Positions 1 to 9,498 of a stretch of DNA of 64,000 bases are shown here, piece after piece. Source of the DNA: an uncultured Bacilli bacterium (GTDB lineage Bacteria > Bacillota_I > Bacilli_A > RF39 > UBA660); contig CANROY010000002.1 of assembly GCA_947632355.1 (NCBI GenBank), positions 2,673-66,672 of the forward strand, given 5' to 3'. The notes beneath the pieces were generated by a model, which saw only the letters and a list, made by a program, of their open reading frames with translations, did no database searches and was not told the origin of the DNA. The translations under genes were made by a program, and so were the position numbers. Positions within the stretch are counted from its first letter, which is position 1; each line of letters begins with the position of its first letter.

Positions 1-35
1 TAAAAACAAGTACCACATTAGGAAAATATAGAACG

Positions 36-638
36 GTGAATACGTATTCCTATACAGGAACAAAAGAGATTACGTTCTCAACGGTGACGGATTTACAAGT
101 GGTTGCAAAAAATCAAAGTGGAAACTTTGGGGTTATTAAAATTAATTTAACAGAAGTAAAAGGACATATTGGTTTCAACTATAGTGAAATGGAAAAATTA
201 AGAGACTACTATGTAGCCAAAGATGCCAATGGTTATTTACTGATTTCTAAAAGTAACGGTGCAAGTGTAACAAGTGCCATTCCCTATAAAATAAGAAATT
301 ATACGAATAGTTATGTAAAAGTCATCAATAACGGAAGTTATTATGTATATGATTACAAAGGAAAACAAATCAATCGTACTGGATTCAAATATATAGAGCT
401 TTATGATAAATATTTTGCAGGTGTTGATAATAACAATAAATTAGGAATTTTTACCTATGATAGACCGGAAAGTAATATTTTAAGTGGTGGAGAATTGATT
501 GCTCTAGAGTTAACGAATTATTATGGAAATGGAACCCTTGCCTTTAAAGTAAGTGAACCAAATGTACTTATTGGACACGCAAATAATACCTATACAGCGG
601 ATTCCAGTCAAATAGTCTTACCAAAAGAAGAGGATTAA
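36..638 (+). CDS. hypothetical beta-repeat (WG/YxYD-like) protein; reading frame stays open to the window start, so the 5' end may lie upstream
   Basis: GTG at 36 with a weak RBS and no in-frame stop back to position 3; repeated YYVYDYKG/LGIFTY beta-strand-like motifs similar to the neighbouring ORF. Confidence 0.45.
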   Translation: MNTYSYTGTKEITFSTVTDLQVVAKNQSGNFGVIKINLTEVKGHIGFNYSEMEKLRDYYVAKDANGYLLISKSNGASVTSAIPYKIRNYTNSYVKVINNGSYYVYDYKGKQINRTGFKYIELYDKYFAGVDNNNKLGIFTYDRPESNILSGGELIALELTNYYGNGTLAFKVSEPNVLIGHANNTYTADSSQIVLPKEED

Positions 639-640
639 GT

Positions 641-1585
641 ATGCAAGAGAGAAAAATAACACTGATTACGATTATTATTCTACTATGTATCTTTTTACCT
701 CTAACGGCTTTTGCAACTACGATGCATTTTATAGAGAATAAAGAAAATATAGAAAATAAAGAACATCAATTCTATTTTGATGGGAAATTATACTTTTATA
801 ACAATGAGGATTTACTTGGAACTTATGTTTGTCAAAATACCGATTATTGTGACTACGCTGTTTCTAGAAATACAAATACCTATGATTTAATAGAACCAAA
901 ATCGAATGGTCAAAAATATACCTTACTTCATAATCGCTATGCCATTTTAATGGATACTACAACCATGCAACTGTTAAATGCTCCTGTTCTTCTATACGAT
1001 GTGTTAGAAAATCAAGTCATAGGAACTTATAAAGAATTCAAAAACTATGGTGTTGGGATTGAAAATGACTATTATATTGCTTCGAATGAAGATGGTTTAT
1101 GGGGAGTTCTTAAAATTACAGACCAAATAGAGGAAGTTATTCCTTTTACTTATGATTATATTGGACTTAGCAATATACAAAATAAAGATGGTCAAATCAA
1201 AAGTGACTACTTTGCTGTTTTAAAAAACAATTCTTGGTCCATTCTTGATAGCCAAGGAAACAAAGTTAGTGATACGGTTACGGATTCTTTAGTCGATTAC
1301 AACGAAACCTATATGATTACTAAGAGTGGTAGTGAAATGAATTTACTTACTTTTGATGGTCGTAATCGTTTATTTGGCTCTTATCAATATTTACATTTTT
1401 GTGGACCTTATATAGCAATTATAGATGCTACTAATGATTTTTATGTTTATGCTATCGATCAAAATAAAGAAGTATCCAATCGTCATAGGATTTCTAGTCC
1501 GGAAAATATATCTTATAAAGTAGAAAAAGAATATATTCATATTTTTGATGGAGAAGAATTAATAGAAAATATTGCAATTTCTTAA
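641..1585 (+). CDS. secreted or membrane-anchored WG-repeat protein
   Basis: N-terminal hydrophobic segment ITLITIIILLCIFLPLTAFA; internal repeats with a DGLWGVLK-type WG motif; plausible long ORF following the previous gene. Confidence 0.55.
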   Translation: MQERKITLITIIILLCIFLPLTAFATTMHFIENKENIENKEHQFYFDGKLYFYNNEDLLGTYVCQNTDYCDYAVSRNTNTYDLIEPKSNGQKYTLLHNRYAILMDTTTMQLLNAPVLLYDVLENQVIGTYKEFKNYGVGIENDYYIASNEDGLWGVLKITDQIEEVIPFTYDYIGLSNIQNKDGQIKSDYFAVLKNNSWSILDSQGNKVSDTVTDSLVDYNETYMITKSGSEMNLLTFDGRNRLFGSYQYLHFCGPYIAIIDATNDFYVYAIDQNKEVSNRHRISSPENISYKVEKEYIHIFDGEELIENIAIS

Positions 1586-1599
1586 AAAAAAGGGTAGAA

Positions 1600-1835
1600 T
1601 AAAGAAAAAACAAAGAAACTGAGGAGTACATAACTGGTATTTTAAAGAGAGTTTATGGGTGGTGTAAATAAACAAAGAAAGTTATGGAAGGTAGCAGTGG
1701 AGTTGAAATTCTGAAACTAAACTTAAGAATTTCCGTCATCTTAACGTTATAAGAAAATGAAGGGTATACAAAATTTGTATAAAATAAGGTGGTACCGCGG
1801 GAAATCTCGTCCTTACATAAAGGAGGAGATTTTTT
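1600..1835 (+). promoter_or_regulatory. T-box leader (tRNA-responsive riboswitch) preceding the HD-domain gene and valS
   Basis: Conserved T-box sequence AAGGTGGTACCGCGGG at 1787-1802; AGAGAG GA-motif about 1648; terminator helix ATCTCGTCC/GGAGGAGAT (1804-1830) plus T-run ending directly at ATG 1836. Confidence 0.7.
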
Positions 1836-2591
1836 ATGCTAAATTATGAATTTGTTTTAAAAAAGTTTAATGATTATGTAGAGCAGTTTGATGTGAAAAA
1901 TACACCAATTGCTATGAAACGATCACATAGTATTCATACTGCAGATTTAGCAGGAAAGTTAGCCAAGCGAATGGAATTGGAAGAAGAAAAAATAGAATTT
2001 TGTAAAATTCTTGGTTTACTACATGATATCGGGCGTTTTTCTCAATACGAACAAAAAAAGTCGTTTAGTGATTTAAAAACTAAATTTGATCATGCAAAAT
2101 ATGGCGTAGACTATTTATTTAAAGAAAATCATATTAAAGAGTATGGTATACCTCAAAAGTATTATACTTTAATAGAAAAGGCTATAGAAAACCATAACAA
2201 ATTAAAAATTGATAAGAACTTAACTGAAGAAGAACAGTTTTATGCTCAATTTATTCGTGATGTTGACAAAATTGATATTTTTAGACAAGAAGCAACCTCT
2301 TACGAATGGAAATATACAGAACCGGCAACTAAGAAAGTTTTCCATACATTTTTTAAACATCAGTTAATTGAAGATAAAGAGATTGCAAGTTCAAGTGATG
2401 CAATTTTATTACAACTGGCTTTTGTTTATGATATCAATTTTATAGAGTCAATAGAATTATTAAAAGATACCGATAATTTAGACTTATTCTTAAGTGTAGT
2501 AGAAGTCGATAAAAATTTAGAAGAAGAATTTGAAAGTATTAAAAAAGAATTAGGAATGTTTATAGAAGAAAGGATGAAAGAGTTATGTTAG
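1836..2591 (+). CDS. HD-domain phosphohydrolase
   Basis: HD motif LLHDIGRF; 251 aa; stop overlaps the valS start codon, suggesting translational coupling. Confidence 0.7.
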   Translation: MLNYEFVLKKFNDYVEQFDVKNTPIAMKRSHSIHTADLAGKLAKRMELEEEKIEFCKILGLLHDIGRFSQYEQKKSFSDLKTKFDHAKYGVDYLFKENHIKEYGIPQKYYTLIEKAIENHNKLKIDKNLTEEEQFYAQFIRDVDKIDIFRQEATSYEWKYTEPATKKVFHTFFKHQLIEDKEIASSSDAILLQLAFVYDINFIESIELLKDTDNLDLFLSVVEVDKNLEEEFESIKKELGMFIEERMKELC

Positions 2592-5116
2592 AGAAAAAAT
2601 ACGATCATAAAATAGTAGAAGAAAATAAATATGACTATTGGAAAAGTCATGGGTATTTCAATAGTGGAAACAAACTAAAAACACCCTATACAATTGTTAT
2701 ACCTCCTCCAAATGTTACGGGAAAACTTCATTTAGGACACGCTTGGGATACAACATTACAAGATATTTTGATACGTTATAAAAGAATGCAAGGTTTTGAT
2801 TGTTTATGGCTTCCGGGTATGGACCACGCAGGGATAGCAACACAAGCCAAAGTAGATAAAAAATTAAAAGATATGGGGATTAACCCTAGAGAAATGAAAA
2901 GAGAGGATTGGCTTCAAAAAGCATGGGAATGGAAAGAAGAGTATGCAGCAAGTATCCACGAGCAATGGGCAAGACTTGGGTTATCTCTTGATTACAACAA
3001 GGAACGTTTTACTCTAGATGATGGGTTATCAGCATCCGTTCGAAAAGTATTCGTGGATTTATATAACAAAGGTTTAATTTATCGTGGAGAACGTATTATT
3101 AACTGGGATCCACTTGCCAAAACGGCTTTATCCAAAGAAGAAGTTGTTATGAAAGAGGATAAGGGAGCTTTCTATCACTTAAAATACTTTATTGAAGGAA
3201 GTGATTCGGAATACTTACGTGTTGCAACCACAAGACCGGAAACTTTATTTGGAGATACAGCCGTTGCGGTAAATCCTAGAGATGAACGTTACAAAAAGTA
3301 TATTGGTAAAAATGTAGTTCTTCCAATTGTCAATCGTTTGATTCCCATTATTGGAGATATTCATGCAGATCCGGAATTTGGTACAGGTGTTGTTAAAATT
3401 ACACCAGCCCATGACCCAAATGACTTTGAAGTAGGACTTCGTCATAACTTAGAAAAAATTATTGTCATCAATCCGGATGGAACCATGAACGAGAATGCGG
3501 GTGCCTATAACGGAATGGATCGTTTCGATTGTCGTGAAGCACTTATAAAAGATTTACAAGAACAAGATTTACTCATTGAAATTGAACCTATTACCCATAG
3601 TGTTGGACACTCTGAAAGAACCGATGTCGTTATAGAACCTTATCTTTCCAAACAATGGTTTGTTAAAATGCGTCCGCTTGCAGATAGAGTTTTAGAAAAT
3701 CAAAAGAATAAGGAAACAAAAGTCCATTTTGTTCCATCAAGATATGAAAAGATTATGAACCATTGGATGGAAATTACGTACGATTGGTGTATCTCAAGAC
3801 AATTATGGTGGGGGCATCAAATACCGGCTTGGTATAAGGGAGATGAAATCTACGTTGGAATGGAAGCACCTAAAGAAGAAGGTTGGGTACAAGATCCGGA
3901 TGTTTTAGATACTTGGTTTAGTAGTGCTCTATGGCCATTTAGTACGCTTGGTTGGCCAGAAATGACCGAAGACTTCATGCGTTACTATCCAACGGATTGT
4001 TTGGTAACGGGCTATGACATCATTCCATTTTGGGTAAATCGTATGACCTTCCAAGGTTTAGAATTTACAGGACAAAGACCATTTAAAGATTGCTTAATTC
4101 ACGGACTTATTCGTGATAAATTAGGTCGTAAATTCTCTAAATCGTTAGGAAATGGCGTTGACCCTATGGATATGTGTGAAATCTATGGCGCCGATACCCT
4201 AAGATTTTATCTTTCAACGACAGCAAGTAATGGAACGGATATCCGTTTTGATGAAGATAAAATGAAATCCACTTGGAACTTTATCAATAAATTATGGAAT
4301 GCCTCTCGTTTTGTCCTTATGAATATTGAGGATTTAACGGAAGAAAACTATACGTTAGAAAACTTAAAAAAGGAAGACAAATGGATTTTATCAAAACTCA
4401 ATAAAACGATTAAAGAAGTTACCAAGTTTATGGATAAATATGAATTTAATAACGCTGGTGCTTCTATCTATGACTTTATATGGAATACGTTCTGTGATAA
4501 ATACATTGAAGTTTCAAAATTTAGTTTAAATGATGCTACAACGAAATCTGTATTACTAGAAGTATTATCCTCTATTTTAAAAATGCTTCATCCATTTATG
4601 CCTTATGTAACAGATGAAATCTATAATTTACTTCCAATTAAAGAAGAAAATATTATGATTAGTACGTATCCAGTTTATAAAAAAGAATGGGTTTACAAAA
4701 CAGAGGAAGAAGAAATAGAAGATACTTTCTTATTTATTAAAAACTATCGTAATACCAAAGCCGAAAATACTATTACGAATGATTTTAAGATTCAATTTAT
4801 GAATAAGGAAGATTATTCCTTGATTATAAAAATGTTAAAGTTAGAAGGACACATCATAGAAGAAAGAATAGATCTTCCTACCTATGTTGTAAAAGCCAAC
4901 AAGTTTGAAGCGACCATTTATTTTGAAAAAGTTCTAACGGAAGAAGAACAAGAAAATATAAAAAAAGAAATAGAAAAATTACAAGCGAGTATTGAACGAA
5001 GAAAAAAACTTTTAGCCAATGAAAACTATGTAGCAAAGGCTCCAAAAGAATTGGTAGAAGAAGAAAGACAAAAATTAAAACTAGAGGAAGAACGTTTAGA
5101 AACACTTCAAAAATAA
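2585..5116 (+). CDS. valS: valyl-tRNA synthetase
   Basis: Class I aaRS HIGH-region PPNVTGKLHLGHAW and KMSKS-variant KFSKSLGN; 843 aa with a C-terminal coiled coil typical of ValRS. Confidence 0.95.
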   Translation: MLEKKYDHKIVEENKYDYWKSHGYFNSGNKLKTPYTIVIPPPNVTGKLHLGHAWDTTLQDILIRYKRMQGFDCLWLPGMDHAGIATQAKVDKKLKDMGINPREMKREDWLQKAWEWKEEYAASIHEQWARLGLSLDYNKERFTLDDGLSASVRKVFVDLYNKGLIYRGERIINWDPLAKTALSKEEVVMKEDKGAFYHLKYFIEGSDSEYLRVATTRPETLFGDTAVAVNPRDERYKKYIGKNVVLPIVNRLIPIIGDIHADPEFGTGVVKITPAHDPNDFEVGLRHNLEKIIVINPDGTMNENAGAYNGMDRFDCREALIKDLQEQDLLIEIEPITHSVGHSERTDVVIEPYLSKQWFVKMRPLADRVLENQKNKETKVHFVPSRYEKIMNHWMEITYDWCISRQLWWGHQIPAWYKGDEIYVGMEAPKEEGWVQDPDVLDTWFSSALWPFSTLGWPEMTEDFMRYYPTDCLVTGYDIIPFWVNRMTFQGLEFTGQRPFKDCLIHGLIRDKLGRKFSKSLGNGVDPMDMCEIYGADTLRFYLSTTASNGTDIRFDEDKMKSTWNFINKLWNASRFVLMNIEDLTEENYTLENLKKEDKWILSKLNKTIKEVTKFMDKYEFNNAGASIYDFIWNTFCDKYIEVSKFSLNDATTKSVLLEVLSSILKMLHPFMPYVTDEIYNLLPIKEENIMISTYPVYKKEWVYKTEEEEIEDTFLFIKNYRNTKAENTITNDFKIQFMNKEDYSLIIKMLKLEGHIIEERIDLPTYVVKANKFEATIYFEKVLTEEEQENIKKEIEKLQASIERRKKLLANENYVAKAPKELVEEERQKLKLEEERLETLQK

Positions 5117-5130
5117 AGAAGTGTTTTTTT
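5101..5130 (+). terminator. intrinsic terminator after valS
   Basis: Hairpin ACACTTC-(loop containing the valS stop)-GAAGTGT followed by TTTTTTT. Confidence 0.6.
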
Positions 5131-5170
5131 GTGTGGCTTGTGTTATAATAGAACATATGGAGGGTTTTAT

Positions 5171-6145
5171 ATGAAATATCAAGAAATAAAACAAATCTCA
5201 TTCATTTTAAAGAAAATAAAAAAATATCAACTATCAAATTTATTTGAAAATACATCTTCTTTAATAAAATGGATTAAGGGTTTAAATCAAACCCAAATCA
5301 ATAATTTTTTAAATGTTGATTTAGATAAAATAAAGACACCTAAATGGATATTAATTAATTTAGATTTGTTAAATGACAATTATTTTTTGCAAGATATAGA
5401 ACTCATATCGAATGCTGAGCCGGATATTGCAGCACATTTGTTTCGCGCTGCTAAAAATATAGATCCATTAAGAGAAAAATATGATAATAATCATAGTGAA
5501 ATTATGAACTTGATTGCAAACGCCTCATCCAAAACAAGAGCAAAATTCTTGACTCAAGCTGCAATGGAAACAGGATATGAATCCGATATGGAATTAATTG
5601 CCAACGCAAAATCAGATGCAATTGCGGAGATATTATGTAAGCTTACTAGATGTTTTTGTGGACTCAAATGTAATAGTACTGATGTATTTGCATTAAGTAA
5701 CAAATATCGTAGTGAATTAGCAAACTTAATTGCCAATGCTAAATCCGATGGGATTGCCCGGGACTTGTATTATCTTGGCATAGATGTAGATTTAATAACA
5801 AGTGAATATCAGCATGAAGCAATGAATTTTATTGCTAATGCTAAATCCGACTATATTGCACATTGTCTGCACGTTATTGCTAAACTTTACCATAGATTCG
5901 GAAGTGAATATTGTAAAGCCTATATGGAAATCGTTGCTAATGCGAAATCCGATGAAGAAGCAAAAAAATTTACAGACTATATCTTCATGTGTTTGAGGAT
6001 GAATTCTAGTTTAAACGCAATACATAGAGATGTCGATTCAAGTTTAAAGCAATCCATTCTTCTTTCCCTTAGAAAATTAGAAGAAATAGAAAATATTGAA
6101 GAGGAAGCAAAATCAGAAGAAATGGAACGAATTTTAACAAATTAG
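5171..6145 (+). CDS. tandem-repeat protein of unknown function (IANAKSD repeat)
   Basis: About six repeats of roughly 36 aa, each starting I/VANAKSD (IANAKSDAIAEIL, IANAKSDGIARDL, IANAKSDYIAHCL, VANAKSDEEAKKF), also visible as DNA repeats; start set at the ATG preceded by GGAGGG (alternative in-frame ATG at 5129). Confidence 0.55.
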   Translation: MKYQEIKQISFILKKIKKYQLSNLFENTSSLIKWIKGLNQTQINNFLNVDLDKIKTPKWILINLDLLNDNYFLQDIELISNAEPDIAAHLFRAAKNIDPLREKYDNNHSEIMNLIANASSKTRAKFLTQAAMETGYESDMELIANAKSDAIAEILCKLTRCFCGLKCNSTDVFALSNKYRSELANLIANAKSDGIARDLYYLGIDVDLITSEYQHEAMNFIANAKSDYIAHCLHVIAKLYHRFGSEYCKAYMEIVANAKSDEEAKKFTDYIFMCLRMNSSLNAIHRDVDSSLKQSILLSLRKLEEIENIEEEAKSEEMERILTN

Positions 6146-6232
6146 CCTTTAGGGCTTTTTTCTTTTTGCTAAATTTGACATTTGAAGAAAAAAGTGGTAA
6201 TCTAAACACTGTTAAAAAAAGGGGGATTTGTT

Positions 6233-7390
6233 ATGGAAACCATTGACAAATTTAAATTACTTATCATTGATTTTATAAATTATTTAGAATATGGATTAAA
6301 AAATAAAGTTGTTTTTGACGTGACTTTAAAAAAGGAAATACCTACTCAAGAAATAGAGTATCAATTAAATATTTTAAATAAGTTGCTTGATTTTCTTTCT
6401 TTATCTAATCAAGAGGTGAAAGAAAAACAACAAATTTTTATTGATTATCCTTTAATTTCTAGTTTTCTAGAAGATAAGAAATTTAGTAATCAAGAAAAAA
6501 TTGAGATTTTTTTCTATTTTATAGAGAAAAATAATATTTCATTTCAAGAGTGTGAAATGGGGAATCCTGTTTTGATTGATGTGACAAAATTAAGACAACT
6601 TTATTCTCCAAATAGTAATCCAGAAGCTTTTGATAAATTAATACAAAAAATAGATTTAAATAAAATTATAATTAGTAAAGACTCTCAGCTTTCCAAACAA
6701 GAAATTCAAATTAAAAAATACATAATGCAAATATTTGATGACTCTTTAGCTAAAGACAAAATTAGTATTCAAATGCATACTTCTTTAGATAAACATTATT
6801 TCAAAAAGAAAGATACGTATACAGAAAAAGATTTGCAATATATTCGTGTGGCTTTAAAATATTTAGGAATTTCTGATAAGGATAGAACGATTATATTAAA
6901 TAGTTTAAAGAAAAATTTAAAGAAACGTACAGAAGTAGTGGTAGAGGAAAAAAGAAGAAAAGAAGAAACATTTGATTATCAAGATGCTTTTCTTAAAGTA
7001 AGTGAAGTAGTAGATTTAAAAAATATGTTTCCGAAAAAAAGTTTAACTTTAGAGGAAAGAATCTATTATTTGGCTTTATTAACAAAAATGAATGTATCAA
7101 AAGAAGAACGCTATTTATTTTTAAGAAATTGTGAAATGTATGCCAATATGAATCCGATTGCTATGTATATAACGGAATATGAAAAATTAAAGTATTATGA
7201 AGAAAAGGTTGGATTACAACAAGAACTTGCTTATTTAGAAGAATTAGCCCAAGAAGCAATGCTATCTAACAATGAAGATTATGCTGTTTGGAAGGAAAGC
7301 ATGCAAGCCGAATTAAAAAAAATCTATGCTTGGATACCCAAAAACTTTGCTTATGAAGTGGAAGAAGCTAGTAAACTTATCTTAAAGTAG
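6233..7390 (+). CDS. hypothetical protein
   Basis: 385-aa ORF with RBS GGGGGAT; no recognisable motif. Confidence 0.5.
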   Translation: METIDKFKLLIIDFINYLEYGLKNKVVFDVTLKKEIPTQEIEYQLNILNKLLDFLSLSNQEVKEKQQIFIDYPLISSFLEDKKFSNQEKIEIFFYFIEKNNISFQECEMGNPVLIDVTKLRQLYSPNSNPEAFDKLIQKIDLNKIIISKDSQLSKQEIQIKKYIMQIFDDSLAKDKISIQMHTSLDKHYFKKKDTYTEKDLQYIRVALKYLGISDKDRTIILNSLKKNLKKRTEVVVEEKRRKEETFDYQDAFLKVSEVVDLKNMFPKKSLTLEERIYYLALLTKMNVSKEERYLFLRNCEMYANMNPIAMYITEYEKLKYYEEKVGLQQELAYLEELAQEAMLSNNEDYAVWKESMQAELKKIYAWIPKNFAYEVEEASKLILK

Positions 7391-7427
7391 TAGTTTCTTC
7401 TTTTAATTTACAAAAAATTTAAAAAAA

Positions 7428-7470
7428 TTAGCACTCATATATTGACAAGTGCTAAACATATGATTATAAT
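7428..7470 (+). promoter_or_regulatory. CIRCE operator 1 (HrcA binding site) overlapping the sigma-A promoter of the hrcA operon
   Basis: TTAGCACTC-N10-AAGTGCTAA (7428-7455) fits the CIRCE consensus TTAGCACTC-N9-GAGTGCTAA; -35 TTGACA 7442-7447, 17-nt spacer, -10 TATAAT 7465-7470. Confidence 0.8.
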
Positions 7471-7475
7471 GATAA

Positions 7476-7502
7476 TTAGCAATTGAATATTGCTAGTGCT
7501 AA
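7476..7502 (+). promoter_or_regulatory. CIRCE operator 2 (degenerate second copy)
   Basis: TTAGCAATT-N9-TAGTGCTAA, placed between the -10 element and the hrcA RBS. Confidence 0.6.
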
Positions 7503-7517
7503 AAAGAAGGTGATAAA

Positions 7518-8540
7518 GTGGACGAAAGACAAAAGGAACTGTTAAAAGCCATTGTAGAGTCGTACATTAAAACCGTAAAACCGATTGGTTCGAAATCTTT
7601 ATGCAAAAAGTTTAATTGTTCAAGTGCAACCATTCGTAATGAGATGGCTGTCTTAGAAAATTTAGGGTATATTGAAAAGAACCATATTTCATCAGGAAGA
7701 ATTCCTAGTGAAGTGGGCTATAAGTATTATGTAGAACATTTAATGAAACCAAAAGAATTAACAGGTGAAGATGTTTTAAAACTCCAAACGATATTTAAAA
7801 ATAATGAGTTAGAACTAAGTGATACGATTAATAAAACCGTGGAAATTATTAGTGAACTTACTCATTACACAAGTATTGTTTTAGGAAAAAGTAGTGATGA
7901 GAATACATTAAAACAAGTAAGTATAATTCCTATAAGTGATCATAAAATTGTCGCTGTTGTTTGTACCGATAAAGGAATTGTAGAAAATAAACAATTTTTA
8001 CTTGATAATGAAGCCGAAATTAATGAAATTGTGAAAACTTGTGATATTATCAATAAAATGTTAGTAGGAACACCTATTAATGATGTAGCACGAAGATTAG
8101 AATTTGAAATCAAACCGATTATAAGTCGACAAATTAAGCAGTATGAAGCTGTGTATACTATATTTGCAGATGCTTTTAATGATTTTCTAAATAAACGTGG
8201 CAATGTACATTTTGGTGGTAAAACTATGATATTTGATGAACCAGAATACAACGATGCCAATGAAATTAAGCGTTTGGCAAGTAAGTTTGAAGATCAAGAT
8301 TTCATTCGAAAAATTGAAGAAGAAGATAATAATGGGGATATTAAAATCTATATTGGTGAAGAAACTGAATTTGATCCAAATGTTACCATTATTAAAAGTA
8401 CTTATAAATTAAATGGGGAAGAAGGAACTATTGCCATTGTTGGACCAAAACGAATGGAATATGATCGTGTCGTTGGGCTTTTAAGTTATTTACAGAAAGC
8501 CTTAAATGATTTAGAAAATGAGGGGGATCGTTATGAATAA
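7518..8540 (+). CDS. hrcA: heat-inducible transcription repressor HrcA
   Basis: GTG start with RBS AAGAAGGTGA; N-terminal winged-HTH; sits upstream of grpE-dnaK behind the CIRCE operators. Confidence 0.9.
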   Translation: MDERQKELLKAIVESYIKTVKPIGSKSLCKKFNCSSATIRNEMAVLENLGYIEKNHISSGRIPSEVGYKYYVEHLMKPKELTGEDVLKLQTIFKNNELELSDTINKTVEIISELTHYTSIVLGKSSDENTLKQVSIIPISDHKIVAVVCTDKGIVENKQFLLDNEAEINEIVKTCDIINKMLVGTPINDVARRLEFEIKPIISRQIKQYEAVYTIFADAFNDFLNKRGNVHFGGKTMIFDEPEYNDANEIKRLASKFEDQDFIRKIEEEDNNGDIKIYIGEETEFDPNVTIIKSTYKLNGEEGTIAIVGPKRMEYDRVVGLLSYLQKALNDLENEGDRYE

Positions 8541-8931
8541 ATTAGGGGGTTGCTATGAACTGGAATTAAATCGTTTGTTTTCAAAACAGGCCGAGAAAAA
8601 TGTTCTTGTTTATAGCCATAGAAACAACAATCAATGGAATTTATGGCAAAGTGATTCTGGGTTGGTATTAGGTTTTATTATCAGAAGAGGAATGGCTATT
8701 CCTTATCTAACCGGTATCAAAAAAGAATCTTTAGAAAAGTTCTATTGTCAAAATCCTGCTCTGGTTGATGAGTGGGTCAAAAAAGATATCAAGTACTACT
8801 TTGAAGTCTTAAGAGAACTTTTGGAAGAACAAAAATTACAACCGACCGAAGAATATCAGCGAAGCCGTAAAAAAAAGAAAAATACCCAAATTGAAGGGCA
8901 AATGTCCTTAAAAGATTTTGGGATTATATAA
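8533..8931 (+). CDS. small hypothetical protein between hrcA and grpE, overlapping the last 8 nt of hrcA
   Basis: ATG 8533 preceded by GAGGGGGA; 132 aa with a basic C-terminal tail; not a usual member of dnaK operons. Confidence 0.45.
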   Translation: MNKLGGCYELELNRLFSKQAEKNVLVYSHRNNNQWNLWQSDSGLVLGFIIRRGMAIPYLTGIKKESLEKFYCQNPALVDEWVKKDIKYYFEVLRELLEEQKLQPTEEYQRSRKKKKNTQIEGQMSLKDFGII

Positions 8932-8945
8932 AAGGAGATGCAAAA

Positions 8946-9476
8946 ATGGAACAAGAAGAAGTAAAAAAAGATGAACAACAAGAAAAGTTGCAGCAAGAAA
9001 AACCAAAGAAAAATAAGCCAAATAAAGAGATTGAAAAATTAAAAAATGAGAATTTGGCCCTCAATGAAAAAATCTTACGTATTAGTGCAGATGTTCAAAA
9101 TATGAAAAAAAGGTTAGAAGATGAAATTTCTAGACTGCAAAAATATGAAGGTTTAGAACTCGCAAGAGAATTACTTCCAACCATTGATAATTTTGAAAGA
9201 GCGATTCAATTAGATGATACAAATCTAAATGATGAACTATCAAAATTCTTAAGTGGTTTCAAAATGATTTATGCAAATCTAGTAAATTTACTAAATCAAA
9301 AAGAAATCAAAGAAATTGATTGTTTAGGAAAAGAATTTGACCCTACTTTTATGGATGCAGTTTTAACATCTAAAGAGGAAGGTATTCCTAAAAATCAAGT
9401 CATAGAAGTCCTTCAAAAAGGCTATATGTATAAAGATAAATTACTAAGACCTGCCATGGTCAAGGTAAGTGAATAA
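8946..9476 (+). CDS. grpE: nucleotide exchange factor GrpE
   Basis: 176 aa; N-terminal coiled coil and conserved C-terminal beta domain; directly upstream of dnaK. Confidence 0.9.
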   Translation: MEQEEVKKDEQQEKLQQEKPKKNKPNKEIEKLKNENLALNEKILRISADVQNMKKRLEDEISRLQKYEGLELARELLPTIDNFERAIQLDDTNLNDELSKFLSGFKMIYANLVNLLNQKEIKEIDCLGKEFDPTFMDAVLTSKEEGIPKNQVIEVLQKGYMYKDKLLRPAMVKVSE

Positions 9477-9498
9477 GAAAAGGAAAGGTGAATAAATT

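Noticed and set aside
3245-3445. Minus-strand 66-aa ORF inside valS
   Set aside because: Lies entirely antisense to a well-supported valS coding region; low-complexity translation; no RBS.
4878-5201. Minus-strand 107-aa ORF overlapping the valS 3' end and terminator
   Set aside because: Antisense to valS; the hydrophobic low-complexity product is typical of AT-rich antisense frames.
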